Below, piece after piece: positions 49,187-62,800 of a stretch of 64,000 nucleotides of DNA. The stretch covers positions 219,633 through 283,632 of the forward strand of contig NW_015165238.1 of the NCBI RefSeq assembly GCF_001447785.1. Direction: 5' to 3'. Origin of the DNA: Gekko japonicus. Its lineage: Eukaryota. Made by a program: the position numbers and the translations under genes. Each line of letters begins with the position of its first letter. Positions within the stretch are counted from its first letter, which is position 1. The notes beneath the pieces were generated by a model. The model saw only the letters and a program-made list of their open reading frames with translations. It ran no database searches and was not told the DNA's origin.

Positions 49187-50167
49187 CTATGACAGGATCC
49201 ATGCGTCCCTGAAAAAATTACACAATTGACTGGTAAGCTTATTCAAAGCCTCCTTTACGTCTCTGTTTCTCAAACAGTAAACAATGGGATTGACAATGGG
49301 AGTTAAAACAGTGTAAAAGACAGAGAAAACTTTGTTGAGCTCTTTCAGTGTGTCATTTTTGGGAATCATGTAGACAATCACAAGGGTCCCATAGAAAACT
49401 GTAACTACAGTAAGGTGGGAGGAGCAAGTGGAAAAGGCTTTTTGTCTCCCTGTGGTCGAGGGTATTCGTAGAATAGTGGAGATGATAAAACTGTAAGAAA
49501 TCAGGGTCAAAAGAAATGGAACAAGAGCTATCAAGGAAGAGAGGCTGAAAGCCATCAATTCCATCCTACGAGTGTCCTCACAGGCAAGCATTATCACTGG
49601 GGTGAAATCACAAAAGAAATGGTCAAGTGTATGAGGACCACAGAATGATAACCGAGACATCAGATATGTTGTTATGGAGTTAAGCAGAAAACAGCTGAAA
49701 CATGAGGTCATAATAAGCTGTACACAAAGTGTATTATTCATTAAGACTGAATAATGAAGTGGCTTGCAAATTGCTAAAAAGCGATCATAAGACATGGCAG
49801 CCAGCAGATAACATTCTGAACCCACGAGGGATCCAAAGAAATAATATTGTAAAAAGCAGCCCCAAATAGGAATGGTTCTGTCTCCTGTTAAGAAGGCTGT
49901 GATCATCCTCGGTAGAATAGTTGTGCTGTAGAAGGTTTCTAGACATGAAAGATTCCCCAGGAAGAAGTACATGGGGGTGTGAAGATGCTGATCACATGCA
50001 ATAAGGACCACTATGAGAAGGTTTCCAGATATTGTCACTGTGTAGATTAGGAGAAAGACCGAAAAGAAGAATATCTGTAATTCAGGCACATCATTGATTC
50101 CCAAGAGGATAAATTCTGTGAGATCTGTTTGGTTCCTCAGTCCTTGAGTTGCTGTTGCATTTATCAT
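49187..50167 (-). CDS. Olfactory receptor, intact, 326 aa
   Basis: MINATATQGLRNQT..LHTPMYFFLGNLS, MSYDRFLAIC, HFFCD, KAFSTCSSHL, NPIVYCLRN; first ATG of the frame is at 50167. Confidence 0.95.
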   Translation of the reverse strand: MINATATQGLRNQTDLTEFILLGINDVPELQIFFFSVFLLIYTVTISGNLLIVVLIACDQHLHTPMYFFLGNLSCLETFYSTTILPRMITAFLTGDRTIPIWGCFLQYYFFGSLVGSECYLLAAMSYDRFLAICKPLHYSVLMNNTLCVQLIMTSCFSCFLLNSITTYLMSRLSFCGPHTLDHFFCDFTPVIMLACEDTRRMELMAFSLSSLIALVPFLLTLISYSFIISTILRIPSTTGRQKAFSTCSSHLTVVTVFYGTLVIVYMIPKNDTLKELNKVFSVFYTVLTPIVNPIVYCLRNRDVKEALNKLTSQLCNFFRDAWILS

Positions 50168-50941
50168 GTTGAAATGGTAGACACAGAAGTGCAAGTATAA
50201 TGCTAGCCTTAAATGTCTCTTTAAATGTCTCTTTAAAATATTTGTGTTGGGTGGAATCTGTAAGAAACATTGGAAATAAGATGCAAGATCATAGAATTCT
50301 ACACCAAAATTCAAAGCAAATTCTTCTGGAATGTAATCATCAAAGTCTCAAACATTTGCCATACCCGAGGGATTACCAAAGCAAATTCTGAAGATACTTC
50401 TGGACAATAGTTGAAGAATTTTGAGGAAGCCAAATGAGTTTTCATAAGAGTAACAGAGTTTCTTGGGTGAGGAAAGAAGCCACACATTTCTAATAGGCTG
50501 TAGGCAGGGGTGAAAATCTAGGTGGGTCCAGATTACCCAATTGTCTTAAACAGTGTGCCCAGCCTACTAAATTGTTGTTGTTTTTTGTTATTGAAGGGGG
50601 GTCTTTTACTTTTCTTAGGTTCTCAGTATTTACAATGTTACTTGTATTAGGGTAATAGGATACTATACGGATATTTTAAAATAATAAAATTTCAGTTCAT
50701 TTTTTAAACTTTATTTTAATCCAAGGTGTCACAGCTTGTGTTGCCTTAATCATGTAGGTGGCATTGCATAGAGACAGTCAGATGAGGTCACTGCTCCACA
50801 GTAAACTTAATCTTCATTGGCTTTTAGCATGCCTCTGAAAGTCAGAAAGAAGATCTGCTTATAGCTGCCATGTACACTTTCAATGTACCTCTATGCACTA
50901 CAGATGGCCGAAGTCAGGGAGAGCAATAGATCATACACCAC

Positions 50942-51534
50942 CAGGGCCATAGCCAGCAATGGGGCTTTAGGGGCTGAGCCCCCTACCAGATCTTCAGAGC
51001 CCCACCCCACCCCAATGCCCCCACCTCAATCTTAAACCACAATGTTAGTCATGTGTCACTCTGGAAGGAGGGTTGCTGTCCCGAACCGTCATTCTGGCAC
51101 AGCATGCAGCTAAGATTGTGGCTTAAGACTGGGGGGGAGCGTTGGGGGCTGTGGTTCTTCCTGCTTGGCAGGCTGGTCCAGTATTGCTTAAGCCGTACTG
51201 CCACTGGCCCGAAACGATTTCTCTAACCCTCCTTCCTTCCTGCAGTTCTCCCTATGGAAGGAGGAAGAAAGGAGGGTTAGTGAAATCACTTCAGGCCAGC
51301 TCAGCAGTGGCATGGTTTCAACAATACTGGCCTGGTTTGCCAAGTAAGAAGGGCCAGGAAAGCAGCTACTACTACTCTCCCTCCTCTCGGTGCCTGGAGG
51401 GAAGGGAGACCTTAAGCTGGGGGAAGATTCCAGTGGGGTGGAGGCACTGCTAATTCAATTTAATTTAAATAGTTGTGCCCTTCCATGTACCAGCACCCTG
51501 GCACCCCCCCCCCCAAATCCTGGCTACGGGGCTG
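50942..51534. mobile_element. hAT-type non-autonomous element
   Basis: TIR CAGGGCCATAGCCAG/CTGGCTACGGGGCTG; decayed 8-bp TSD tacaccac/tatatcac. Confidence 0.7.
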
Positions 51535-51957
51535 TATATCACCAGTGGTACAGCATACTAATGGCCAGCTTTTAGCAGACATTTTGATCTGCATACAAAT
51601 GCATTCTCTTCTAAACAAACAATCTTTGATGGAATGTTAAAAGCAAAGTAGAAACTCTTAAAAACCCTTTTACCCCATAAGCCCTTGGTTGTAGATATAC
51701 ATTATCAAGAATAAGAGGCTTGGATCTAGAGAACAATGATCAGAGTTCTGCTTATATTGTTAGGTGTCCGGCCTACATCTCATGTTGCTGCCCCTTGAAC
51801 CTCCTGAAAATACACCCTTGTCAAAGGAACATATGAATATCAAAGGCATGGGAGATTTCAGGGGATTTGGGGAAGGGGGGGTCAGAAGAAATGAGAGCTC
51901 TCTCATATGAGTAGATAACTGGATCTTGACCATCATAATAAATACATTGCACATTTA

Positions 51958-52302
51958 GGGGCCGCGGTGGCTCAGAGGTTGAGACACTGAGTTGCAGACT
52001 GGAAGGTCTGTAGTTCGGCAGTTTGAGACCCTAGTGCCACATGTCAGAGTGAGCTCCTGTCTCTGGCCCCAGCTCCTGCAAACCTAGCAGTTTGAAAGCA
52101 AGAAATTGCAAGTAAATAGGTACCGCTATGGTGGGAAGGTAACAGCATTCCATGCGCCTTGGCATTTAGTCATGCCCCCCACATGACCATGGAGAAGCCT
52201 TTGGACAGCACTGGCTCTTTGGCTTGGAAACGGAGATGAGTGCTGCCCCCTAGAGTTGGATTCAACTAGCTTTTGAGCAAGGGAAACCTTTACCTTTACC
52301 TT
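51958..52302 (+). mobile_element. Sauria SINE (older copy)
   Basis: ggggccgcggtggctcag head and acctttacctttacctt tail. Confidence 0.88.
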
Positions 52303-53477
52303 ACAAGACATTTGTGTTTAAAATTATTGATTAAGCATACCTTTCTGGGCATAATGCTAGCTTCTCAAGTGCAATTTCTAGAAGTTTAAAATATCCAGAC
52401 TCCATCAGCTTGCATCTAATCTTGAAGTAATTGATGTTTCTTGAGAAAAACATCCTTACAGTATTAGGGGGGAAATGCAGAGTATTCAATAGGCAATGTG
52501 ACTTTGGTCAATCTGCAACAGAATCAATATCCCCAGTTTGTGGCTTTATATTTCCTGTAACAATTTAATGTCATGTGCTAGAAATGTTACCAGAAATATC
52601 TAAGGGATTCATTATATGTTTGTAGCTAATTGGAAACTGTAGTTGAGACAAATTGGTAAATTTGGAAAATGTCTTGGATCCTCAGTTGGGAAAAAAAACC
52701 ATAAAGCATTTACTGGATTGCTAAAATGTGCTCATTTATCAAAGATAAAAAAAGTGGAGTTAAACTATATTGAATGTCTTTAGGACCTCAATCTGTTTTA
52801 TCAATGAACAAAAATGAATCCAGTCAGTTTTTTTTTAATTATAATTTTTATTTAAGAATTTAATAACAATACAAGGTAAGTACAATAGATGTCTGCAGAT
52901 GACGTACAAAAATAGGTTAGCAAAAATATTAATGCTTAACTTCTCAGGCTGAAGACACCAGAGGACTATGTTACACATTACAAAACATCTCTGAAGGCAA
53001 CACTCGTATAATAAATACATACCTTTACAGGCAAATTTTAAATCAGTGTTCTGAAAATAACTTCAGATATTATCTTAAATCTAAGCCAAATAATGTTTCG
53101 GGTTTAAGTTTCAAAAGTATATCATTGATTTGTATAAAGGATTTGCGGGAATTACATCAAATTCAACCATATAGTTAATGAGTGAATACCATGATGCTAT
53201 AAATTTTTCTTCAAATTTCCTGGAGGAGAGATTGAGTGTGCTAAGTCATATTTTGGACATAATGAAGTGGTCCCAAATAAGATTTTGCATGGGGGGGAAG
53301 TTTGTCTAGCCATGTCGTGGCTATGGTATTTCTGGCTATGGCTAAGTGTGGATCAGAACAGTTTTACTCTTGTTGCACTGTGGATCTGACCAATTGTTTA
53401 GGAGTAGTGTTTCTGGTAAAAAAGGCAAATTTGTAATCAAGGAGATTTTGCTAAAATTTGCCAAATCTCCCCCTTTA

Positions 53478-53750
53478 GCCAGTTTGGTGTAGTGGTTAAG
53501 TGCGTGGACTCTAATCTGGGAGAACCGGGTTTGATTCCCCACTCCTCCACTTGCACCTGCTGATGTGACCTGGGTCAGTCACAAGCTCTGGCACAACTGT
53601 CCTTGAAAAAGAGCAGTTTGTGTCAGAGTTCTCTCAGCCCCACCCACCTCACAGGGTGTCTGTTGTGGGGAGGTGAAGGGAAAGGAGTTTGTAAGCCGCT
53701 CTGAGACTCCAAGTGAAGGGCGGGGTATAAATCCAATCTCTTCTTCTTCT
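53478..53750 (+). mobile_element. tRNA-derived SINE (Squam3-like)
   Basis: A/B-box-like head tggtgtagtgg..ggtttgattcc; tail ataaatccaatctcttcttcttct. Confidence 0.8.
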
Positions 53751-55359
53751 TTATTGAGGCCCCTGCCACACATAACTTTTGTCCACAAAGGGTCCACAGT
53801 CACCACCACATCCTTCCTCACTTCATTATGGTGGGAAACCTGCTTGGATCCTACCCAGAATGTCCAAATCAAAAGTCATTGCAGTTCCAGTCCCTAAAGA
53901 AGGGGAGAGGGCAGCGAATGCGAGGACCCCTTTATAACTACCCACTAATAAAACCACACAGAGAGAGTATTTTTGTAATAGAATGTGGAATAAATTGGCC
54001 ACATCCTTTATTGGTTACAGCTGTAAGAAACCTTGGAACAGCATGGGTCCACTGGATCCTGTCATTGATTGACCCACCTGCCAGTTGATGTACCCTGTCC
54101 CACCTAGCCCACTTGCTGAGGTGGGGAGAAGCATGGAATGGCAGGTTGCTGGATACCACAAGGACAATTGCAGCTAAGCAGTCTCCCCCGCCATCTGAGT
54201 GTGAGGGTAACCTGTTAGCAACCCCCAAGCTGGGCATGCCCCCTTGGCAGCCCCTGAGCTGGGCATGCCCCTGAAAGCCCTCACTCCAAGATCCCTTAAG
54301 GGGATCCCCACATGCAGGGAAAAAGGCATAAAGGTTGGTTTTCCTAAAATGGATCTGACCCCATGTTGATACTGCCATAAGTTGTGACAAAGAATAAAGC
54401 AGAAATCATTGTGAACAAGAATGCTTCCATGCTTCCAATAATGTAACCTCCTCAGTGGAGACACCTACAAACCCCAGAATTCTTCTTCCCTTCATGAACA
54501 AAACATAGGGAGGGATGGGTTGGCAAATGATCCCGCGTGGCCAACTGAGGAGGCTGAGTGGTGTGGCATGCTTTATTGCCCACAGTGGTCCATCCCCTCC
54601 CCCCTCCCCTGTGTCTTCTTCAGGCCCCATCATAGACCCACCACGAAAGGGGAGGGCCAGGTTTTCCCACCGCTGCTGCCACCTGGCCTCCAAGCTGCCC
54701 ATGCAGCCTGCCCTGCCTTGAAGGAAGTGGCCACCATGGTCATTCATTGCCCTACTGCCTCTCCCCATCCTGTAAGCCCACAAACAGGGCCCACAGTGAG
54801 TCAAGGTCCCCTTCCAATTTTGTGAATATGTAGTGTATTTCATGAACAAGCTTAGCGAACAGCCTGTAGGCTATTCGAGACCCACCACAGCTGGAGTGAG
54901 CACCTGGCCCTAGTCCCAGCTCCCGCCCACCCAGCGGTTCGAAAGCCTTAACAACTTGCGAGTAGATGAATGGGTACCTGCCTTAGAAGGCAGGGAGCAC
55001 CCTCCTCCATTGGGAGGTGGGGTGGGACCCCAGCAGCGGTGATTCGGCGAGCGATGGTGGTGGCGGAGCGGTGTGTGGTGGCGGCGGCAGGCGAGGTGGT
55101 GAGTGGAGAGTAGAGAAAAGATGTGGCATCGGGCGGTGGACCGGCGGCGGAGGCGGAGCCGGGAGGCAGGGGGGCCCGGCGGTGCGGGCGCAGCGGAGCC
55201 TGGGGCGGAGCTGGAGCCACGCTGCGGTCAGCGCGACGAATGGCCCGTCAACTCCAGAAGACCACCGAGAAGTCTGAAGAAAGAGTGGATGGAGAGGCCG
55301 AGCTGAAGCNNNNNNNNNNNNNNNNNGTGGGAGGGGTTCGAGCGGGATATAAGCTGAAT

Positions 55360-55360
<1 letters not shown>

Positions 55361-55412
<52 letters not shown>
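55361..55412. repeat. (TTA)n microsatellite
   Basis: Direct reading. Confidence 0.95.
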
Positions 55413-55414
<2 letters not shown>

Positions 55415-56745
55415 TAATCTCACACGTGAAAAACACAATCTACACTGGAGAATCTATTCCATTTGTTTGATAATCAAAGTACACACAATGAACACTGTCT
55501 AGAAATGTTTATATAATCCTAGGTATACTTTAAACAAGGCATCAAGCAACATCTGACACCAATTACATGTTACGTCTAAGCCTGAACAGAGGTCTTAATA
55601 TTGAGGAAAAGGACCAGATAAAATTATCACAGTCAATCAATCAATCAATCATTCAATATTTATTTGCAGATGAAATTTATCACAGTGTCTGCAGAATACT
55701 ACGGCTACTTTTTTTTTGGCATGTGTATTTAAGTGAAGGAAAGGAATTCAGTAAAGTAGCTATTTGGTTTATTTTTTTAATGTAGGCAAGAATACTTTTA
55801 ACAAGGAATAATCCACAAAGCAAGACCAACATACATATTAATGACCTCTAGCTGATAGATTTTAGCACATGAGAATTGCACATTGGGGTGGGATCCAAAC
55901 CACGTTTGCACTGAATCTCACCCAATTCTTCTCCTTTCTACAGTGCCCATTCCCCATAGTATTTATTTATTTATTTATTTATTTATTTATTGTTTCAACT
56001 TTTACCCCGCCCTCCCCACCGAAGCAGGCTCAGTTGTTAGCTATGCAGGTCCTGACCACTAGCATAGCCTTCCCGCCCCCTCACTATTTTCCTTACCTAG
56101 GGTTGCTAACTTTGAAAATAGTTGCTCTACTTTTACTTGGTTTTTATATTTGTTTTATTTGCAAGTATTTATAGGGATTTTATTTAATGTTATACCAGGA
56201 AAAACTTTAACAGACCATTTCCACTCATTAAACCTCTATTAAAATTTCAGGATATATATTTTTTCTATCCAGATGACAACATTAACCCTACCTTATGTTG
56301 TTAACTGGCCAGGAACTAAACTAAACAAAACAAAGCTGCCCACATTGTTCTTGTACCCTTCACAACTGAATGGTATATAGAAACCTGCAGGTGAAGGGTT
56401 TGTTTTTTTTCCAGGTCAAATGGCTGCTAAATGCACAGTAAAAGGGGCCAGCTGAAAACTGCAACTCTAACTTCAATGGATTGGGAAGTACCACTCGCAC
56501 AAAATGAAAATATAGTGAGCAGAGATTACAGCCTACAGAGGAGCTCTGAATGTCACAGACTAGACTGGGGAATGTATATGTACTTCTTTGACAGCAATGT
56601 TTCAGGAGGCTACTCAAGTTGGTTCTTTGGCTTCCATTTAGAGCTGCTGGTATCAGGGAGGAGGCCTATTTTTCTCCTGTTTGTAGTTTGTCACAAACTC
56701 TGAGTGGCTATATGGAATTGCACATAAGTACAACTTCTCTATGGT

Positions 56746-56945
56746 GAGGGGATGTATCTCAGAGGCATCTGCTTGGCATGCAAAAGGCCCTGGGTTCAAT
56801 CCTCAGCATCTCCAGTTAAAAAGATCAGGTAGTAGTTGATGTGTAAGACTTCTACCTGAGACCCTGGAGATTCACTGCCAGTCTGAGTACACAATACTGA
56901 CATTGTTGGACTAATGGTCTGATTCATTATGAGGAAACGTCATGT
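56746..56945 (+). mobile_element. tRNA-derived SINE (Squam2-like)
   Basis: ggggatgtatctcag..ggttcaatcc head with a CR1-like 3' end. Confidence 0.6.
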
Positions 56946-57298
56946 GTTCATGTGTACTATAAAGAATGTAAGAATGTCCCATGGTGGATCAGACTAGAAT
57001 CTATCCAATCCAGCTTTTGGTTTCCAATGGTAGTTAACAAATACCATCCTAAAGTGAGGTTCTATACTGTTACCCATCACAGTGGCTGCAACTCTAAGCA
57101 TGCTTCCGAGAAACTTTTTACCTGTTTAGAACTGATGTGCAGATATCAAATATGTTTTAAGATTAAGACATTACAAACCATTGACTTTCATCCACAAAAA
57201 TTAAGTACATGGGAAATGAAGCAGTTACTACATTGTGTTTGTGACATTTTGAAAATAATGTCCCCATGGGAAGCAAAAGGGTAACAGAGAAGCAATGC

Positions 57299-58243
57299 TT
57301 ATGACGAATCAACAAAATTCTTGAAAGTTTTTTTCAAAGCTTGTTTAATGTCTTTATTTCTCAGACTGTATACAAAAGGGTTCACCAAGGGAGTCAAGAC
57401 AGTGTAGAAGACAGAGAAGACCTTGTTCAGTTCTCTGAGTGTATTGTTTTTGGGCACTACATAAACAATGACTATAGTTCCATAAAAGAGAGTAACCACA
57501 ATGAGATGTGATGAGCAGGTGGAAAATGCCTTCTTCCGCCCAACAGAGGATGGGATTCTTAAAATGGTTTCTATGATGCAGCTGTAGGAAATAAGGGTTA
57601 AAAGAAAAGGGAACAATCCAAACAGAGCTGACAGAATAAATATCAGTAACTGGATGTTGAGGGTGTTGCTGCAAGAAAGTTGGAGTAGTGGAGAAAAATC
57701 ACAGAAGAAATGGTCGATTATGTTAGGTCCGCAGAATACCAAGTGAGTAATAAAATAGGTTGTCACAGAGTTAACCATAAAGCCAATGACCCAAGAACCA
57801 CTTGCTAACTGCAGACAGGATCTGATATTCATAAGGGTTGCATAATGCAATGGCTTGCATATTGCTAGATAGCGATCATAAGACATAACTGCAAGGAGAT
57901 AACATTCTGCTGTAGCCAAGCCCCCAAAGAAATATAATTGTGTAAAACATGAAGTCACCCACATGGATTGGTTCCCAGTCAGGAAGCTGTCAAGCATCCT
58001 GGGCCAAATGGTGGAGATATAGCAGGTCTCTAAGCAAGACAAATTCCCCAGGAGGAAATACATGGGGGTGTGAAGATGTCTATCAGCTGCAACTAAGATG
58101 ACAATCAGTAGGTTCCCAGCCATAGTAACAATGTAGATTACTAGAAATACAAAGAAGAGCAGAATCTGAAAATCACTGATATCCCCAAAGCCCAGGAGGA
58201 TAAATTCTTTGACTACCGAATGATTTGTCTGGTATTTATCCAT
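57299..58243 (-). CDS. Olfactory receptor, intact, 314 aa
   Basis: MDKYQTNHS.., LHTPMYFLLGNLS, MSYDRYLAIC, HFFCD, KAFSTCSSHL, NPFVYSLRN; a strong polypyrimidine/AG acceptor lies 18 nt upstream of the ATG at 58243. Confidence 0.96.
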   Translation of the reverse strand: MDKYQTNHSVVKEFILLGFGDISDFQILLFFVFLVIYIVTMAGNLLIVILVAADRHLHTPMYFLLGNLSCLETCYISTIWPRMLDSFLTGNQSMWVTSCFTQLYFFGGLATAECYLLAVMSYDRYLAICKPLHYATLMNIRSCLQLASGSWVIGFMVNSVTTYFITHLVFCGPNIIDHFFCDFSPLLQLSCSNTLNIQLLIFILSALFGLFPFLLTLISYSCIIETILRIPSSVGRKKAFSTCSSHLIVVTLFYGTIVIVYVVPKNNTLRELNKVFSVFYTVLTPLVNPFVYSLRNKDIKQALKKTFKNFVDSS

Positions 58244-58345
58244 GGGTTGTTTTTCAACGAACTGAAAAACACAAAAGATGAGAGGGAGAAAAAAGTCATT
58301 CAGGAACAAGACATGATCTAATTGGCATTTCATAGACTACTTCCT

Positions 58346-58587
58346 ATCATAGAGTTGGAAGGGAACTCCAGAGTCATCTAGTCCAACCCCCTGCACAATG
58401 CAGGAAATTCACAAATACCCCCATGCACACCCAGTGACCCCTGCTCCATGCCCAGAAGATGGGGCAAAAAAACCTCCAGGTATTTACAGTTCACAGAATC
58501 AGCATTGCTGTCAGATGGCCATCTAGCCTCTGTTTAAATCCTCCAAAGGAGAGCCCACCACCTCCCAAGGAAACCTATTCCACTGAG
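58346..58587 (-). mobile_element. CR1 3' end fragment
   Basis: atcatagagttggaagggaactccagagtcatctagtccaacc, the reverse of the CR1 terminal hairpin and (ATTCTATG)-like end. Confidence 0.75.
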
Positions 58588-59740
58588 TATTTAGTATAGA
58601 TGTGTATATATGTATATACACACAAATATATATGCATGATAGCTTTCATTTTTTCTGACTAAACTGAGATCTTGTCCATGTAACATGACAGATCCATTAA
58701 TTTCCAAGGATCAAACTACACATTGGATAGGATCCAGCCAGGTTTTTTGCTCAATCTAGCCAATAATTCTCTGTACTACAGCCTGTCCCACACAGCTTTC
58801 ATACATGCTACTTCTGTGATCTCCAGCATCTTTTTCAGCAGTCAAAGGTTGGATCTCACCCATTATGTTTGTTCACCTGTTCTTTATAAACTGTTTTCTT
58901 TTGCAAATGTAGTTAATGAGATTGCTTTTTCAAGGACATTGACATGGGGACATTGACATGGGGACAATGGGGACATTTTACCCTTTTCCTGCTGCCGTTT
59001 TCTCACTGAGAAAAGCTACATCCCCTCCAGTTCCTTTTTACCTCCAGTGGCTTGGGGGATATGGTAACCTGTAATTTTTCTTCCCCCCAGGCTAGCCCTG
59101 TCTCATCACAGATCTCAGAAGCTAAACAACTTGGCCCTTTCTGAACTCTCTTTTTAATCCATGTTCACCATGGTGTCCACAAAGCAATTCTGCACTAAAA
59201 TCTAATTCAACCTTCTTTTAAATCCAGTTTCTCCCCCCATTCTGCACTAAAATCAAGTTCAACCTTCTTTTTATTCCTATTTTTTTCCCCATTCTGCATT
59301 GCATTACCTCCCTTTGGCGGTCATTCTGGTTTCAGCTTGCTGTTGCCCCTGGTTGTTTAGATGCTGTTTTGCTGTGGACTTAAATTGCCTCAACTTGAAC
59401 ACTGAGAAAATCCAGAGCAGCAGGCAAATGTGGAAAGGACCAGGTCAGTCCTGGTTGTTCCTGGATGGGAGACCATAAAGGATTTCTAGGGTTGCTACAC
59501 AGAGCCAGACAATAGCAAACGACCTCTGAACATCTCTTGCTTTGAAAACCACATGGGGTTACCATAAGTTGCCATAAGCTGCAACTTGATGGCAATTTTT
59601 TTCTTTTTCTTCAGTAATATAAAAGCACCTTGAAGGCAGCTTTTCACTAAGGAAATGGGAGGAAGAGAGTCAGATTACTTATCTCTCACTCAGCTTGTCA
59701 TTCTCTTCTATGACAGAGCAAGGCCAGGAACAGTGTTTGC

Positions 59741-59810
59741 AAGGAAGGAAGGAAGGAAGGAAGGAAGGAAGGAAGGAAGGAAGGAAGGAAGGAAGGAAGG
59801 AAGGAAGGAA
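59741..59810. repeat. (GGAA)n microsatellite
   Basis: About 17 units. Confidence 0.95.
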
Positions 59811-62800
59811 AAGAAAAAACAGACAAGCTAAATTATTATAATGGGGAAGGGAACAGTTGTTGTTGAATTCGGGGGGGGGGACATGCATGGGGGGAGAAAA
59901 CTCAAAAGCCTTACTGGTTCAATTCCAACTACATCTAGTCCAAAATTCTGTTATCAGCAATGAACAACAAGATACTTTTGGCTAGGTACCACTTACATGA
60001 GTATTTAACTTGAACAACTCCTGAAATTTTACTTTATGTTTGCTTTATATTACAAGGGAAACATAAATTCAGGAGTTCAGGAAATCTAGTATAGAAACAA
60101 ATAGACTGATGAATATATACCTTTCACAAATCACATTTGCAAATTGCATGTCCAAAGCTGCTAACTTAAAACACTTTCTTGGGAGTAAACTCTACTAAAT
60201 AACAATGAATAGAGTTGCTTAGGACTGCTACTTTGGGGAAGTGTAATGATTACATGACATTTGCACATGACAGAGAAGTTGGTCTCTCCATGTTAGCAGT
60301 AACAATGGTGCCATTGGTACCATGAGATAAAATATGATTTGCATTCAACTGCAGTTAGATGTAAATTATGTTAAGGCTCCAGAGTCCACAATTCTGTGTA
60401 TATAAAGTTACTAGGTCCCACACTACTAAAATCCCCCTGATTAATCAAAGTCTTCTACTATTTTTGCCATCAAGCCTCAGCTGACTTAGGGTTTCAAGGC
60501 AAGTGACTTGTCATTGCCCGCCTTTGTGTAGTGATCCTAGTATTCTTTGGTGGTCTCCCATCCAAATATTAACCAGGTGTGACCCTGCTTAGTTTCCAAG
60601 ATCTGATGAGATTGGGCTAGCCTTCACTATCTATACAGTCCCATATTCTATATAGCTTTCTTTTTAGCACAATACCTGCATTGGATTACATCCAACCACC
60701 TTTTCTTCTTTCTCAATTCCACTCCTCACTACAGTCCCCATACTGTGTAGCTTTTGACCTCACCCTAAGATACATATCAAAGTTTTGTCAGTGGTCAAAA
60801 AAGCCCCTTGATCCCTGGCAGGATCCAAGCTCTTACAATTAATTGAGATGACTGACTTCTTTTTTTTTATTGGTGACTTCTGCAGGTACCATGCACGCAT
60901 ATGGCCAGGCTACAGCAACATCATATGACAGATCATATAACAGATACCACCCCTATTCCATAGGGAGTTGACCACAAAGCAGTTATTGTGAGACAGATAT
61001 GAGAAATGGTCATGAGACTCCATTGTATACATCTGTCAATGGATCATATCTAGACAGATCTAAAATGTTAACATGATGACCATACCTTGACAATGTTCTC
61101 AGACCTGTACTAAAACATTTTCTCTCTGTGTTCCAAAGCACAACATGATTGTAGGACTGTGCTCAACAAGGTGGATTCTCAGTCTTTCCAACAGACTGAA
61201 TGTTCTTATTTGCATTGAATTTTATATAGTTTTGAAAGGTAAAAAGCTATCTGTATGATCTAATCACTAAGGAATTAATTATGGTGCTTTATTGTATGTG
61301 AAGAAAGAATGATTGTCTAATGACCAATCCAGCATTCCCAAATGATGATACCAAAATTCCCAGTGTAAACAGAAAAATATAATATAAATTATAGAAATTT
61401 ACATTAGACAGGAAAGGGAAATATATAAAAAATAGGGGGGTTAGTAGTTATGCTTGTCAAGATATGACTTTCATGTCTAAAATATTGGTCAGGTTGTTTG
61501 TATGTAGCATGGGCATTTTTAAAATTTTAAAATGCTAACTATTGAATGAGAAAGGTTTTATTTTTCCTTTGAAAATTCTCAAGTCTTTATGAGATGGATA
61601 GGCAAAAGTTCTGTCCTTTTCTGTCAGTAACCAATCCTCTATATTCCTGTTTGGTGTGTTGGCAGAACAGGTAACAGCCAGTCAGGTCCCTTGGATGGCT
61701 GAAGGAACAAGATGGGAGGGGGGAGAAAGATAAAAATCTGTTTGCTCAGGCCGAAGTGAGGCTGAAGGAATCTTTTAGCCCACTTTGAAAGTAAGCAGTC
61801 TAACACAGTAAATGTTTCCAGATAGGGTTTGTGCATCCAGAGGAATAGGCAGGAAGAAATCCTTTCTCATGAGAGTTTGCATGTCTCAGAGTCTGCTATT
61901 TCAGGATAAAGCAGAGTTTGGCTGAAAATTGATTAATACACACAAATACTATTTATTAATTTACATTAAGAAGAACAGTGCATTAAAATGTGAGTGGATC
62001 ATTACTTTGGTGAAAAGAGAAGCCCACAGCACAACAACTCTGTATCAAGTTATTCTCCCATATTTTCTTCCTCTGTCAACCACATAGTTCCTAGTTGGCA
62101 AGGTATCAGGGGTCAGAAGCTATTAAAGTTGGTTACATTATTATGCATTATTAAATTTGTTTACAGAACACCCGGGAATTATGAATGATGATGACAAGGG
62201 TACTCCATAGCTTTCTTACAAAAATCATTAATATTTTGCAAGCCATGTTGTGGGCCCTACCACCATTTCAACCCTGCCTGATTCCCCTCATTATTGCAAC
62301 CCCATTTTTGCATGGCTTTTTTCTATGTGGGCCCCATGATCTCCACCACAGCTGTTTTGGTGGTCAAAGGGGGCTCTTCCTTCCTCTTTTATTCGTGGAA
62401 AAATTGGTTGGATCCCACACCATGAGTACATTCTTGGAGCCATGGACCATTGCCACTGAATTGCTTGTATAGGAACATGGCACAATTCATCTTCCTGATT
62501 TAGTCATAGGATCACCATCCATTTGTGGTTGACTTTGACCTTTATTATGGAGAACTGGAGTGAGAAATTTGTTTATGAGCATCAACATGTAATTATAACT
62601 TTACCATTGAAATAACGGCATGAAGTTGTTATATACACATTATCACAGCTGTAAACAATCCTGGAACAGGGGAAGGATTTAATGTGAGGTTTTCAGTTGG
62701 AATATCAGAGCCCAGCAGGAGAACTGAATTGAAGCAAGATAGACTAAATAGTCAAAGTAAACTTCTAGAGCTTTGGAGGGTAAGATTCTCTGGTATCCAT

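Noticed and set aside
50168-50314. N-terminal extensions of OR ORFs in the track (also 58244-58333, 20392, 32502, 39816)
   Set aside because: Most start at non-ATG codons and they cross polypyrimidine/AG acceptors, so they are intronic or UTR sequence.
53478-53545. tRNA-like sequence
   Set aside because: It is a SINE head continuing into a SINE body and tail; there are several dispersed copies.
54948-55470. GC-rich ORFs and poly-N/poly-L ORFs
   Set aside because: Low-complexity CpG-rich repeat next to a gap plus a (TTA)n microsatellite; no domain signal.
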